From an uncultured virus (IMG/VR IMGVR_UViG_3300003618_000228) (taxonomy: Duplodnaviria > Heunggongvirae > Uroviricota > Caudoviricetes), in IMG/VR virus record IMGVR_UViG_3300003618_000228: DNA of 20,000 nucleotides, one strand, 5' to 3'. The position numbers were made by a program, and so were the translations under genes. How positions within the stretch are numbered: position 1 is the first letter of the stretch; every line of letters begins with the position of its first letter. The notes beneath the pieces are model-generated. The model was not told the DNA's origin. It saw nothing but the letters and a program-made list of their open reading frames with translations, and did no database searches. Shown one piece after another: positions 1 through 9,062 of the stretch.

Positions 1-615
1 TATAGTACTAATATTAATATCAGTCATATTTTTAAGTATTTTATTATATATTTCTTTTACTTCGTCTGGATCCATACCCTCAGAATTAGATGCTAGTTGT
101 ATTGCTTGTTGTTCTTCAAAAGCTCTTCGTTGCAATAATGATAATTCTAAATAAGATAATGGTTTAATATGAACTTTTATTTCTCCATACGTGATAATAG
201 TAAGTTCATTATTGAATGTAATATTGCTTAATTTGTCAATGTATCCATCCAAATTTAATCCTACAACATGTTCATGATTGCATTCACCACATGTTTGTTC
301 TATTTCCATTTGGTTACCATATGATGCTATACGTATTGCTATTAAAATGTAATCAACATCAGATGCTGGCATTGACCATGCATCTTTGATACTTGGAATA
401 CAACTTTGAATAACTTGCGCTACTGCCTCTCCAGATATTAACGCGTCTGGTGTTTTGATGATAATATCATCCTTTGCTGTCATTGGATATACTGGTACTT
501 CTCCCGTTGCTGGCATCTCCAGCGTGCCTTCTGGATAAAATTGCCCTCCACTTGGTAATGTGATGTATATCTCTGGTTGCCTATAATATTGTATTAGGAC
601 ACTATCTGTACTCAT
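1..615 (-). CDS. T4 gp26-like baseplate hub subunit (3' end beyond the left edge)
   Basis: Hand translation from ATG at 615: MSTDSVLIQYYRQPEIYITLPSGGQFYPEGTLEMPATGEVPVYPMTAKDDIIIKTPDALISGEAVAQVIQSCIP...DVDYILIAIRIASYGNQMEIEQTCGEC. The LPSxG, PMTAKD, D-x-x-I-L-I-A-I-R-x-x-S-x-G and CxxC pattern resembles gp26-type hub proteins. GAGGG SD just upstream; frame appears open to the window edge. Confidence 0.7.
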   Translation of the reverse strand, partial: MSTDSVLIQYYRQPEIYITLPSGGQFYPEGTLEMPATGEVPVYPMTAKDDIIIKTPDALISGEAVAQVIQSCIPSIKDAWSMPASDVDYILIAIRIASYGNQMEIEQTCGECNHEHVVGLNLDGYIDKLSNITFNNELTIITYGEIKVHIKPLSYLELSLLQRRAFEEQQAIQLASNSEGMDPDEVKEIYNKILKNMTDINISTI

Positions 616-637
616 TCGAAACCCTCAAAATTTGATG

Positions 638-645
638 TATAAATA
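638..645 (+). promoter_or_regulatory. T4-type late promoter TATAAATA
   Basis: Exact TATAAATA in the intergenic region, ~50 bp upstream of ATG 694. Confidence 0.75.
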
Positions 646-659
646 ATAACATATTACAA

Positions 660-668
660 TATTTACCC
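660..668 (-). promoter_or_regulatory. Late promoter variant GGGTAAATA driving the gp26-like gene
   Basis: Plus-strand tatttaccc reads GGGTAAATA on minus; the same 9-mer precedes the portal gene at 3211-3219. Confidence 0.55.
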
Positions 669-693
669 AATGTAATTAACTACGTATATTATT

Positions 694-3180
694 ATGGCAT
701 TAGATCCAGTAGAACAAGCGGCGATAAATCGAATAAACTCTTTATTTGCGAGTGTCGGTGCGGAAGCAGGCAATGCAGCTAGTAGATTAGGTGACGTAGC
801 ACGAGCTGCAAGCGATGCATCTGGTGGCCTTGGTGGATTTGTATCTTCTCTTGGTAGTGCTAGTTCTGGCGTTACTGGTTCCACTAATAAAATGACAAGT
901 TCAATGAATGCAAGTGCTGGAAGTATTACGACTTCTGCCGGTATTCTTGCCGACGCATCTCAAAATATTATAGGAAAGATAGCATCTGCCGTATCTGGAG
1001 GAACTGCAAATTTTGCTGATGCTGGCGGACTAGCAACAGGTATGATGGGTGGCGTCACTAAAGCTTCGGGACTACTGGGTAAGAAATTCGCAGGAATGGC
1101 CAAACCTTTAGCTGTAGTTGGTAAAGTCGCTGGTGTTTTAGGTACAGCCTTGGGCGCGGCCGCCAATTATAATAATGATTTATTACAAAATTGGCGTGGC
1201 TTAACTCGAACTGGTATATCATTACAAGGTGCGATGGAAGAAGTTGGTATAGCACAAGGCAAAGCAAATTTATCATTACACCAACTAAGTAGCCATTTGA
1301 GTAGTAATAGTGAAGCATTTGCTGTGTTAGGTGGAACAGCAAGTGGTGGTGCTGAAGCATTTCTACAACTTCAGTCAACATTACAATCTGTAGACCTTGG
1401 TTATGATAAATCCAGTAGATCTTTTAGGGAATCGTTAGAGACATTGGGTATTACTTCTGATGAAAGTGCTAGTCTTATTACTGATATGCTTGGAAGCCAA
1501 ATGCTGGCAGCTAAATTTAGGAATCTAGATGAAAAATCCCAGGCTGAAAGTACTGCTGATTATATTATGAATTTAGATCAGTTATCCAAATTAACTGGTA
1601 AAAGTAGAGAACAACTAGCACAAGAGCAAAAACAAATGGCCAATGATACTCAATTTCAAGCGGCTATGAATGGAAAATCCGCAGAAGAAATGGCTGCTAT
1701 GCAAAGTGCAATGCAGAGAATTCAAGAGGTTGGCGGGCCAGCAGCTGTTGAAGCATTTAAAGCAAGACTAGCAGGCGTTGTTCCTGCAGGTAAAGAAGCA
1801 CGGATGTTATTGGCAACACCAATGGGTAAAGTTGTTGAAGAAATGGCTGGAGAAATGGCCGGCGCATCCGGCGCTGATCAAATAGGCGGAATAGCCGACA
1901 GTTATACTAATGCGTTGGGTGAAGGTGCTAAACAATCACGTGATATGTTATTACCATTGGCTAAAGCAGGCGGATTAGTAGCAGGCGAGTTTAGTTCATT
2001 ATTTGGTGTAATGAACAAAACTGTAATAAGAAATCAAGGATTAATTGACCAACAAGAAAAATTGACAGGAACTGTTGTTGATTTAAACATAGCGATGCGA
2101 GCAATGTTAGATAGTGTATCTGGCACTAAAAGGGAAGATCCAACAGATCTAGATAGTGAGATAGTACAAGTTGGTTCAGATTTAACTAATACAGTTACTG
2201 AAGTGACAACATCATTGCAGGAAATTGTTAACTTCGTACAAGTAAAGTCTGCGGAACTTTCTAGGGATTATGTACCACCTGCACTTAAGGCGGCGATGGG
2301 CGCATGGAATGGTGCAATGGCCCTGGGTGAAGAGGTTGGTGAATTTTTCGGCCAGAGTTGGGACATGCCTAGAAGCGCATATAATCGTGATGTACGGAAT
2401 GTAGAAGGCGATGCTCCCCCAACCCGGGCCAGAAGAGCCCAGGGCCCTACTAATGCGGAAGCTCCCCAGTTGGATAATGCCAATCAGGCAACGTTAGACG
2501 CTATTGACGCACTCACGGCTCAAAACGCCATCCGTCTTTCCCAGGGGAATCCCGCGTCTGACAAGGGTAGACTGGGTCAGGCAACCAGAGACGCTATTGC
2601 CCCCGCTACAGAACAAACAAATATGCCCGTGGATCGCCTCGCGGAGATGCAGAATGCAGTTGGCCAGCAACTAATGAATACACTTAATGCATTATCAGCT
2701 GATGAATTAATGAATGCTGACCAACTTCAGAAAATCCAACAACAGTTTATTGAACGAGAAGTTGCAGCTATTGAGAACTTAGGTTATACGATGACGGACT
2801 CACAGACTATTACTTCACAAAAATTTGATGAACTTGTGAAAATATTTCAGAAAGCACAATATCAACAAATAACTGGTGCTAGTGACGCAGATGTTGACGC
2901 AATGCTTTCGACCGCACCTGGCGAGCAAATTGTCGATATTGCTAAAGTGTTAGGAAAGACAATCGAAGACAATAGAGCGGCGGAAGAATTAGTGAATAGG
3001 AAATTATGGGTAGGCACTAGTAATCAAGATTTAGCAACGTTAATTGCTCAGTCTCAAAAAATATCCGCTGACAGGATTATTGAAGCTATTGAGATGGCAG
3101 GCAAAGGTTCTCCTACACCGCGACCATCCAATAACGACATCGCCGGCAACGAATATGCAAAACAAGAAGGCGTCCGTTAA
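694..3180 (+). CDS. Putative tape-measure-like / baseplate-hub protein (828 aa)
   Basis: Long Ala/Gly/Gln/Met-rich, helical-looking ORF with a TMP-like 'LDQLSKLTGKSREQL' segment; adjacent to the gp26-like gene. No clear SD. Confidence 0.6.
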   Translation: MALDPVEQAAINRINSLFASVGAEAGNAASRLGDVARAASDASGGLGGFVSSLGSASSGVTGSTNKMTSSMNASAGSITTSAGILADASQNIIGKIASAVSGGTANFADAGGLATGMMGGVTKASGLLGKKFAGMAKPLAVVGKVAGVLGTALGAAANYNNDLLQNWRGLTRTGISLQGAMEEVGIAQGKANLSLHQLSSHLSSNSEAFAVLGGTASGGAEAFLQLQSTLQSVDLGYDKSSRSFRESLETLGITSDESASLITDMLGSQMLAAKFRNLDEKSQAESTADYIMNLDQLSKLTGKSREQLAQEQKQMANDTQFQAAMNGKSAEEMAAMQSAMQRIQEVGGPAAVEAFKARLAGVVPAGKEARMLLATPMGKVVEEMAGEMAGASGADQIGGIADSYTNALGEGAKQSRDMLLPLAKAGGLVAGEFSSLFGVMNKTVIRNQGLIDQQEKLTGTVVDLNIAMRAMLDSVSGTKREDPTDLDSEIVQVGSDLTNTVTEVTTSLQEIVNFVQVKSAELSRDYVPPALKAAMGAWNGAMALGEEVGEFFGQSWDMPRSAYNRDVRNVEGDAPPTRARRAQGPTNAEAPQLDNANQATLDAIDALTAQNAIRLSQGNPASDKGRLGQATRDAIAPATEQTNMPVDRLAEMQNAVGQQLMNTLNALSADELMNADQLQKIQQQFIEREVAAIENLGYTMTDSQTITSQKFDELVKIFQKAQYQQITGASDADVDAMLSTAPGEQIVDIAKVLGKTIEDNRAAEELVNRKLWVGTSNQDLATLIAQSQKISADRIIEAIEMAGKGSPTPRPSNNDIAGNEYAKQEGVR

Positions 3181-3210
3181 ACCAAATTAAAATAATAATA
3201 ATATAAAATA

Positions 3211-3219
3211 GGGTAAATA
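3211..3219 (+). promoter_or_regulatory. Late promoter variant GGGTAAATA upstream of portal
   Basis: TAAATA core at 3214-3219, 19 nt before ATG 3239. Confidence 0.6.
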
Positions 3220-3238
3220 GTAGTAGAGAGTAATTATA

Positions 3239-4915
3239 ATGACTTGGAAGAAATATTTTACACAGCCTAGCAATGTCGTTCCATTGCGTAATGGCACACC
3301 AGATGTAGGTTTTAAAAACTACAGCTCAATATTACCTGAAGTATATTCAGGACATCCTAATCGTATTGAACGTTATGTTCAATATGATGGTATGGATCAA
3401 GATAGTGAGGTTAATTCAGCACTAGATATTCTTGCTGAATTTTGTACACAAACCAATACGGAATCTGGCATTGCTTTCAAAGTTCATTACCATGAAGATG
3501 CTACAGATACTGAAGTAGATCTTTTACAATCACAATTACGACATTGGTATAACTTACAAGGGTTTGAGCGCAAAATATTTAAATTATTTCGTAATGTATT
3601 AAAATATGGCGATCAACTTTTCATTAGAGATCCAGAAACGAAAAAATGGCACTTTGTAGATAGTGCTAAAGTAGAAAAGATTGTTGTTGATGAAAGTGCT
3701 GGCCGAGAAATTGAACAATATACAATTAGAGATATTGCTGTAAATTTTGAAACTTTAGCAGTTACTGAAAAAGATACCACAGGTAGTACCATTCCTAACT
3801 TAACTAACAGGCAAGGAAGTCCAACAAGTCAAACAATGGCAGATTCGGCAAAATATAGTTATGGTAAAAAGTCTGTTGCTGTAGATGCAAAGCATATTGT
3901 TCATATTAGTATGACAGAAGAAATGGATGGCAGTTGGCCATTTGGTAATAGTATTTTAGAAAATATTTTTAAAACTTATAAGCAAAAAGAATTGCTTGAA
4001 GATGCTATTATTATATACAGGGTACAACGAGCACCAGAGCGCAGAGTATTTTATATTGATGTAGGTAACATGCCGTCTCATATGGCTATGGGTTTTGTAG
4101 AGCGTGTTAAAAACGAAATACATCAACGTAGAATTCCTACTACAACTGGCGGTGGTACTAAAATGATGGATTCAACTTATAATCCATTGTCGATAATGGA
4201 AGATTACTTTTTCCCACAAACAGGCGAGGGGCGTGGTAGTAAAGTTGAAACATTACCAGGTGGTGAGAACTTAGGCCAAATTGATGATTTAAAATTCTTT
4301 ACTAATAAAATGTATCGAGCATTACGTATTCCAAGTAGTTATTTACCATCAGGTCCAGATGAAGGTGTAGCAGGTTATACTGATGGTAGAGTTGGTACAG
4401 CATTAATACAAGAGTATAGATTTAATGAGTATTGTAAGAGATTGCAAACTATTATTGCTTCTGTTGTTGATGATGAGTTTAAATTATTCATAAAATCACG
4501 TGGTATTAATATTGACAATAGCATTTTTGAAATTAAATTTAATGAGCCACAAAACTTTGCATCATATAGACAAGCAGAGTTGGATAATACAAAAATTTCA
4601 GCATTTGCACAATTAGAGCAATTGCCATACTTGAGCAAACGTTTTATGATGGTGCGTTATTTAGGATTAACTGAAGAAGAATTGTTACAGAATACTACAA
4701 TGTGGCAAGAAGAAACAGGAAATTCACCTAGTGCTAATATTGAAGGTTCTGATATGAGATCAATTGGTATTACTCCAGGTGGATTAGAAAGTGATATGGG
4801 AATGGCAGAAATGCCTGAACTTCCAATGGAAGAAGGTATGGATGGAATGGAAGGTGAGGCAGGAATGACGCCCGGCGCACCTGAAGTAGCACCTACAGAA
4901 CCAACACCAGTTTAA
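3239..4915 (+). CDS. gp20: Portal vertex protein, T4 gp20 family (558 aa)
   Basis: Hallmark motifs LLEDAIIIYRVQRAPERRVFYIDVGNMP, EDYFFP..GEGRGSKVETLPGGENLGQIDD, ALRIPSS; low-complexity acidic C-terminal tail. Confidence 0.96.
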   Translation: MTWKKYFTQPSNVVPLRNGTPDVGFKNYSSILPEVYSGHPNRIERYVQYDGMDQDSEVNSALDILAEFCTQTNTESGIAFKVHYHEDATDTEVDLLQSQLRHWYNLQGFERKIFKLFRNVLKYGDQLFIRDPETKKWHFVDSAKVEKIVVDESAGREIEQYTIRDIAVNFETLAVTEKDTTGSTIPNLTNRQGSPTSQTMADSAKYSYGKKSVAVDAKHIVHISMTEEMDGSWPFGNSILENIFKTYKQKELLEDAIIIYRVQRAPERRVFYIDVGNMPSHMAMGFVERVKNEIHQRRIPTTTGGGTKMMDSTYNPLSIMEDYFFPQTGEGRGSKVETLPGGENLGQIDDLKFFTNKMYRALRIPSSYLPSGPDEGVAGYTDGRVGTALIQEYRFNEYCKRLQTIIASVVDDEFKLFIKSRGINIDNSIFEIKFNEPQNFASYRQAELDNTKISAFAQLEQLPYLSKRFMMVRYLGLTEEELLQNTTMWQEETGNSPSANIEGSDMRSIGITPGGLESDMGMAEMPELPMEEGMDGMEGEAGMTPGAPEVAPTEPTPV

Positions 4916-4921
4916 TAAATA
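4916..4921 (+). promoter_or_regulatory. Late promoter core TAAATA 5 nt before ATG 4927
   Basis: aaTAAATActaatATG directly after the portal stop codon. Confidence 0.55.
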
Positions 4922-4926
4922 CTAAT

Positions 4927-5172
4927 ATGCTTTTACTAGAGATTTTTACAGATATTGACATGAAAGAACCTGACACGGATGATAAGCATTCACGTTATGA
5001 TCCTTCTGATGATCAAACTGTAATGAAAAAAGATGATACACGAAAAACTCGTTTAACATTAAAACAAATTAATAAAATTCGTCGAATGCAAGAATTACGA
5101 ACATCTGAACAATTAGAAGACGAAAAACAATATGCAATCCAATATGCCCCAGCACCAGCGGCACCTATGTAA
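4927..5172 (+). CDS. Small hypothetical head-module protein (81 aa)
   Basis: ORF between portal and acidic core gene; acidic N-half and basic helical C-half (DDTRKTRLTLKQINKIRRM); N-terminal LLE. Confidence 0.75.
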   Translation: MLLLEIFTDIDMKEPDTDDKHSRYDPSDDQTVMKKDDTRKTRLTLKQINKIRRMQELRTSEQLEDEKQYAIQYAPAPAAPM

Positions 5173-5229
5173 AATTACCCCTTTTCACTCATTTTACCCC
5201 TATAATCAAGTATATTAGCAAATTATAAT

Positions 5230-5235
5230 TAAATA
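5230..5235 (+). promoter_or_regulatory. Late promoter core TAAATA for the core-protease-scaffold-capsid operon
   Basis: atTAAATA in an AT-rich intergenic region, ~55 nt upstream of ATG 5290. Confidence 0.5.
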
Positions 5236-5289
5236 TAATTATATATTTGTAATTTGTACCTTTATGAAATAAAAAGGAGTGATTTCGCT

Positions 5290-6027
5290 ATGAGTAATAA
5301 ATTTGAGCAGTTGCTCGATTATATCATCAACGAAGAGCAAGATAAAGCCAAAGAGCTTTTCCATGAAATTGTTGTGGATAAGTCTCGTGAGATTTATGAA
5401 GGCTTGATTGATGAGCAAGATCTTGAAGCTATTGAAGAGGAAATTGAAGAAGTAGAAGAAGAAATTTCCGATAATGAAGTTGATGATTTTGTTAATGATA
5501 TTGAGAGCGACGAAGAAGGTATGTCACTAGAAGATGCTGGTGAAGACCTTGAAGACGTTATGGACATGGATGCCGATGCCGATGCAGAAGGCGAAGAAGA
5601 AATGTCCGATGAAGAAACAGATGAAAGGATTAGTGATCTAGAATCTGCATTTGATGATTTACAAGCAGAATTTGACAAGTTGATGGCAGAAGTTAGTGGT
5701 GAAGAAGGTGTCGAAGGTGAGGAAGAACTTGCACCTGAAGAAGACCTAGAATTTGAATCAGTTGAAACTGATGAAGAGCCAGTAGAAGAAGCCAAAGACG
5801 ATGACGATGACAAAGAAGAAGTTACAGAAGACCTAACACCAGCACCAGCACCAGTAGGTGATAAGAGTGATAGTGGTTCAGGTCCAGTAGCAAGTAAGAA
5901 CCCAATGGACGCAGGTGGTGCAAACGCATCAAACCTTGGATCTAGTAGTTCTGAGTCAGGCGCATCAGACCCAGCAGTACAAAAGGGTAAAATGTCACCA
6001 AAAGCTGAAGTAAAAAACAAGGCATAA
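5290..6027 (+). CDS. Highly acidic prohead core / scaffold-like protein (245 aa; positional analogue of T4 gp67/gp68)
   Basis: AAGGAG at 5274-5279 supports ATG 5290 (MSNKFEQLL) rather than TTG 5254; very D/E-rich; directly upstream of the prohead protease. Confidence 0.7.
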   Translation: MSNKFEQLLDYIINEEQDKAKELFHEIVVDKSREIYEGLIDEQDLEAIEEEIEEVEEEISDNEVDDFVNDIESDEEGMSLEDAGEDLEDVMDMDADADAEGEEEMSDEETDERISDLESAFDDLQAEFDKLMAEVSGEEGVEGEEELAPEEDLEFESVETDEEPVEEAKDDDDDKEEVTEDLTPAPAPVGDKSDSGSGPVASKNPMDAGGANASNLGSSSSESGASDPAVQKGKMSPKAEVKNKA

Positions 6028-6033
6028 TTTAAG

Positions 6034-6657
6034 ATGACTTATCTAAAAGAACACTTGACATTTGACCAAGCACGTATGGTAACCGAGACTGATGCAGACG
6101 GCAAGGATTTATATATGAAGGGTATTTGTATTCAAGGTGGTGTAAAGAATGCAAACTCAAGAGTATATCCAGTCAATGAAATACAAGACGCCGTATCAAC
6201 ATTAAATGAACAAATCAATCAAGGCATGTCCGTATTAGGTGAGGTTGACCATCCAGACGATCTTAAAGTTAATTTAGATCGTGTTTCCCACATGGTTACA
6301 GAAATGTGGATGGACGGACCCAATGGCTATGGAAAACTTAAAGTTCTTCCAACACCAATGGGTAATTTAGTCAAAACAATGCTAGAGTCAGGTGTTAAAT
6401 TAGGAGTATCCTCCAGGGGTTCCGGAAATGTAAAGGAATCATCCGGAGATGTTTCAGAATTTGAAATAGTCACGATTGACGTCGTGGCACAACCAAGTGC
6501 TCCAGATGCATATCCAACAGCAATTTATGAAGGCCTTCTCAATATGAGAGGCGGCCATCAATTGTTAGGAGTAGCAGCTGAAGTACGTGAGAATCAACAG
6601 GCGCAAAAATATCTCAAAGAAGGGATTTTGCGTCTCATAAAGGACCTAAAAATTTAG
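6034..6657 (+). CDS. gp21: Prohead protease, T4 gp21 family (207 aa)
   Basis: Motifs GICIQGGVKNANSRVYP, LGEVDHP, VSH, LGVSSRGSG (catalytic Ser), DVVAQPSAPDAY. Confidence 0.95.
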   Translation: MTYLKEHLTFDQARMVTETDADGKDLYMKGICIQGGVKNANSRVYPVNEIQDAVSTLNEQINQGMSVLGEVDHPDDLKVNLDRVSHMVTEMWMDGPNGYGKLKVLPTPMGNLVKTMLESGVKLGVSSRGSGNVKESSGDVSEFEIVTIDVVAQPSAPDAYPTAIYEGLLNMRGGHQLLGVAAEVRENQQAQKYLKEGILRLIKDLKI

Positions 6658-6666
6658 GAGAGCATT

Positions 6667-7779
6667 ATGATAGAAGTATTCAAACCACTTATCGACAATA
6701 ACCTAATCTCAGAAGAAGCAAGAGATGAACTTCAGGAGGCTTGGGACACCAAGTTGACAGAAGCTGCTGAGCAAAACAAAGCGGAACTCCGTGAAGAGTT
6801 TGCACAGCGTTATGAGCATGATAAGGAAGCAATTGTCGAAGCCCTAGATACAATGGTTACAGATTCTCTAAAACAAGAAATCCAAGAATTTGTTGAGGAT
6901 AAGCAAGCAGTAGTTGTTGAGCGAGTTGCATACAAGACAGCAATTGCAGAGCATGCCGATATGCTTAACACATTCGTAACAAAAAATCTAACAAATGAAA
7001 TGCAAGAGTTTCGCACAGACAGAGGTTCGCAGACTGAAGCATTTGGTAAGTTAGAGGATTTCGTAATCAAAGCATTAAGTGAAGAAATTGTCGAATTCAA
7101 TGAAGACAAACAAGACGTAATTGATACAAAAGTTAAGTTAGTATCTGAAGCGAAAGCAAGACTAGCAGAACTTAAGAAGACATTTATTGAGCGTGGTGCT
7201 AAGATGGTGGAAGAGACTGTCACCAAAACTATTAAGGGTGAGATGTCACAATTAAAAGAAGATATCCAAAGTGCTCGTGAGAACAACTTTGGACGTCAGC
7301 TATTTGAAGCATTTGCCGCCGAATATTCAAATTCATATATGAATGAGAAGACTGAAGTAGCAAAGCTAATGAAGCAACTTTCCGATAAGGAAAACGAACT
7401 TGCGGAAGCAAGTAAAGAAGTAACAGAAAAAGATGCACTTGTAGAAGCAAGAGAGAGTGAGATCAGAATTATTAATGATCAAGCAAGCAGAAAAGAAGTT
7501 CTTTCAGAAATGCTTAACCCATTGGCTAAGGATAAGAAAGAAATTATGGAAAGTTTACTTGAATCAGTTCAAACTGATAAACTTAAAGCATCTTTCGACA
7601 AGTACCTGCCCGCAGTTATTAATGGCGATGGTAGTGGTATAAAACGCAAACTAACTGAGTCAGTAAAGAAAGAAGTTACCGGTGATCGTGAAATCAAACA
7701 AGAAACTCAACCAGAGAACGATATCACCACTTCTAACATTATTGATATCAAGAAGTTGGCGGGATTAGCAGTTAATTAA
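6667..7779 (+). CDS. gp22: Prohead core scaffold protein, T4 gp22-like (370 aa)
   Basis: E/K-rich coiled-coil protein between gp21 and the capsid gene; its AGGAG SD overlaps the gp21 TAG stop. Confidence 0.8.
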   Translation: MIEVFKPLIDNNLISEEARDELQEAWDTKLTEAAEQNKAELREEFAQRYEHDKEAIVEALDTMVTDSLKQEIQEFVEDKQAVVVERVAYKTAIAEHADMLNTFVTKNLTNEMQEFRTDRGSQTEAFGKLEDFVIKALSEEIVEFNEDKQDVIDTKVKLVSEAKARLAELKKTFIERGAKMVEETVTKTIKGEMSQLKEDIQSARENNFGRQLFEAFAAEYSNSYMNEKTEVAKLMKQLSDKENELAEASKEVTEKDALVEARESEIRIINDQASRKEVLSEMLNPLAKDKKEIMESLLESVQTDKLKASFDKYLPAVINGDGSGIKRKLTESVKKEVTGDREIKQETQPENDITTSNIIDIKKLAGLAVN

Positions 7780-7801
7780 TTAAAGAGTTTAGGAGACACA
7801 A

Positions 7802-8968
7802 ATGTCAGAACTATTAACAGAACGTTGGGAAGAAACCAAAGAAGCCTTATGTGAAGGCCTTGAAGGTACGCAACGTAGCACAATGGCAGTAACTCTAGAG
7901 AATACAAAGCAGTATCTCTCAGAAGCTGCAACAGCAGGCGCGACTGCTTCAGGTAACATTGCTACACTAAACCGTGTAATTTTACCAGTAATCCGCCGTG
8001 TAATGCCATCAGTAATCGCTAACGATATCGTTGGTGTACAACCAATGGCAGGTCCAGTAGGACAAATTCACACATTAAGAGTACGTTATGCTGATACAAA
8101 TAACGCAACAGGTACAGCAAATGACGTAACAGCTGGTGATGAAGCATTATCCCCATTCCAGATTGGTCAAGCCTATTCAGGCGATACAACCGCCGGATTG
8201 GGTGCAGCTACTTCAGCACTAGAAGGCGCCGCAGGTAACCGTCTAAGCATTCAAATCTTAAAGCAACCTGTAGAAGCAAAAACCAGAAAGCTATCCGCTC
8301 GCTGGACTTTTGAGTCTGCACAGGACGCAAATGCAATGCACGGTATCGATATGGAAGCAGAAATTATGAGTGCATTAGCACAAGAAATTACTGCTGAAAT
8401 TGACCAAGAGATTCTTGGTTCACTTCGTGGTATTGCTTCAACTGGTTTTACTTTTGATCAGGCAGCAGTATCAGGTACAGCAACATACGTTGGTGACGAA
8501 CACGCAGCTCTAGCAGTTGTTATGAATCGCGCCGCTAACCGTATTGCACAACGCACACGTCGAGGCGCAGGTAACTGGGCAGTTGTTTCACCAGCTGCAC
8601 TAACAGTGCTACAAAGCGCATCAACAAGTGCATTTGCACGTACAACAGAAGGTTCATTTGAAGCACCAACAAATCAAAAGATGGTTGGTACATTGAATGG
8701 CGCATTGAAAGTATATGTAGATACATACTCTGACGGTGCAACACTAGTTGGTTATAAGGGTTCAAGCGAGGCAGACGCCGCCGCATTCTATTGCCCATAT
8801 ATCCCACTAATGAGCTCCGGCACAGTACTAGACCCAGCAACTTTCGAACCAGTCGTAGGCTTCATGACACGTTATGGTTATGTCGCACTAACAAATACTG
8901 CATCATCACTAGGTAATGCAGCTGACTACCTCGAGAGTATTACTATGTCTAACCTCTCATTCACATAA
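7802..8968 (+). CDS. gp23: Major capsid protein, T4 gp23 family (388 aa)
   Basis: Motifs LPVIRRVMPSVIANDIVGVQPMAGPVGQIHTLR, VEAKTRKLSARWTFE.AQD, EITAEIDQE, TRRGAGNW, FYCPYIPL, DPATFEPVVGFMTRYG; AGGAG SD. Confidence 0.97.
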   Translation: MSELLTERWEETKEALCEGLEGTQRSTMAVTLENTKQYLSEAATAGATASGNIATLNRVILPVIRRVMPSVIANDIVGVQPMAGPVGQIHTLRVRYADTNNATGTANDVTAGDEALSPFQIGQAYSGDTTAGLGAATSALEGAAGNRLSIQILKQPVEAKTRKLSARWTFESAQDANAMHGIDMEAEIMSALAQEITAEIDQEILGSLRGIASTGFTFDQAAVSGTATYVGDEHAALAVVMNRAANRIAQRTRRGAGNWAVVSPAALTVLQSASTSAFARTTEGSFEAPTNQKMVGTLNGALKVYVDTYSDGATLVGYKGSSEADAAAFYCPYIPLMSSGTVLDPATFEPVVGFMTRYGYVALTNTASSLGNAADYLESITMSNLSFT

Positions 8969-8990
8969 GTTTATAACTTATTTGACGAAG

Positions 8991-9019
8991 AAACCACCCT
9001 ATTGGGTGGTTTTTTCTTC
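8991..9019 (+). terminator. Rho-independent terminator after the capsid gene
   Basis: aaaccaccc-tatt-gggtggttt stem-loop followed by a T run. Confidence 0.9.
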
Positions 9020-9027
9020 TTGTAATA

Positions 9028-9035
9028 TATAAATA
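9028..9035 (+). promoter_or_regulatory. Late promoter TATAAATA
   Basis: Exact consensus just after the terminator; AAGGAG SD at 9050-9055. Confidence 0.8.
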
Positions 9036-9062
9036 TAGGAAAGTCATTAAAGGAGATTTAAT

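Noticed and set aside
3181..3210. aataataata low-complexity tract as a functional repeat
   Set aside because: Short and expected in an AT-rich intergenic spacer.
5254..5289. TTG start given in the ORF track
   Set aside because: AAGGAG at 5274-5279 points to ATG 5290, and the TTG has no SD.
5394..6020. 208-aa Ser-rich minus-strand ORF
   Set aside because: Shadow of the GAA/GAT-rich acidic core gene; no SD or promoter.
3239..8968. Intein or intron in portal, protease or capsid genes
   Set aside because: ORFs are continuous, of normal or short length, with no intein or homing-endonuclease motifs seen.
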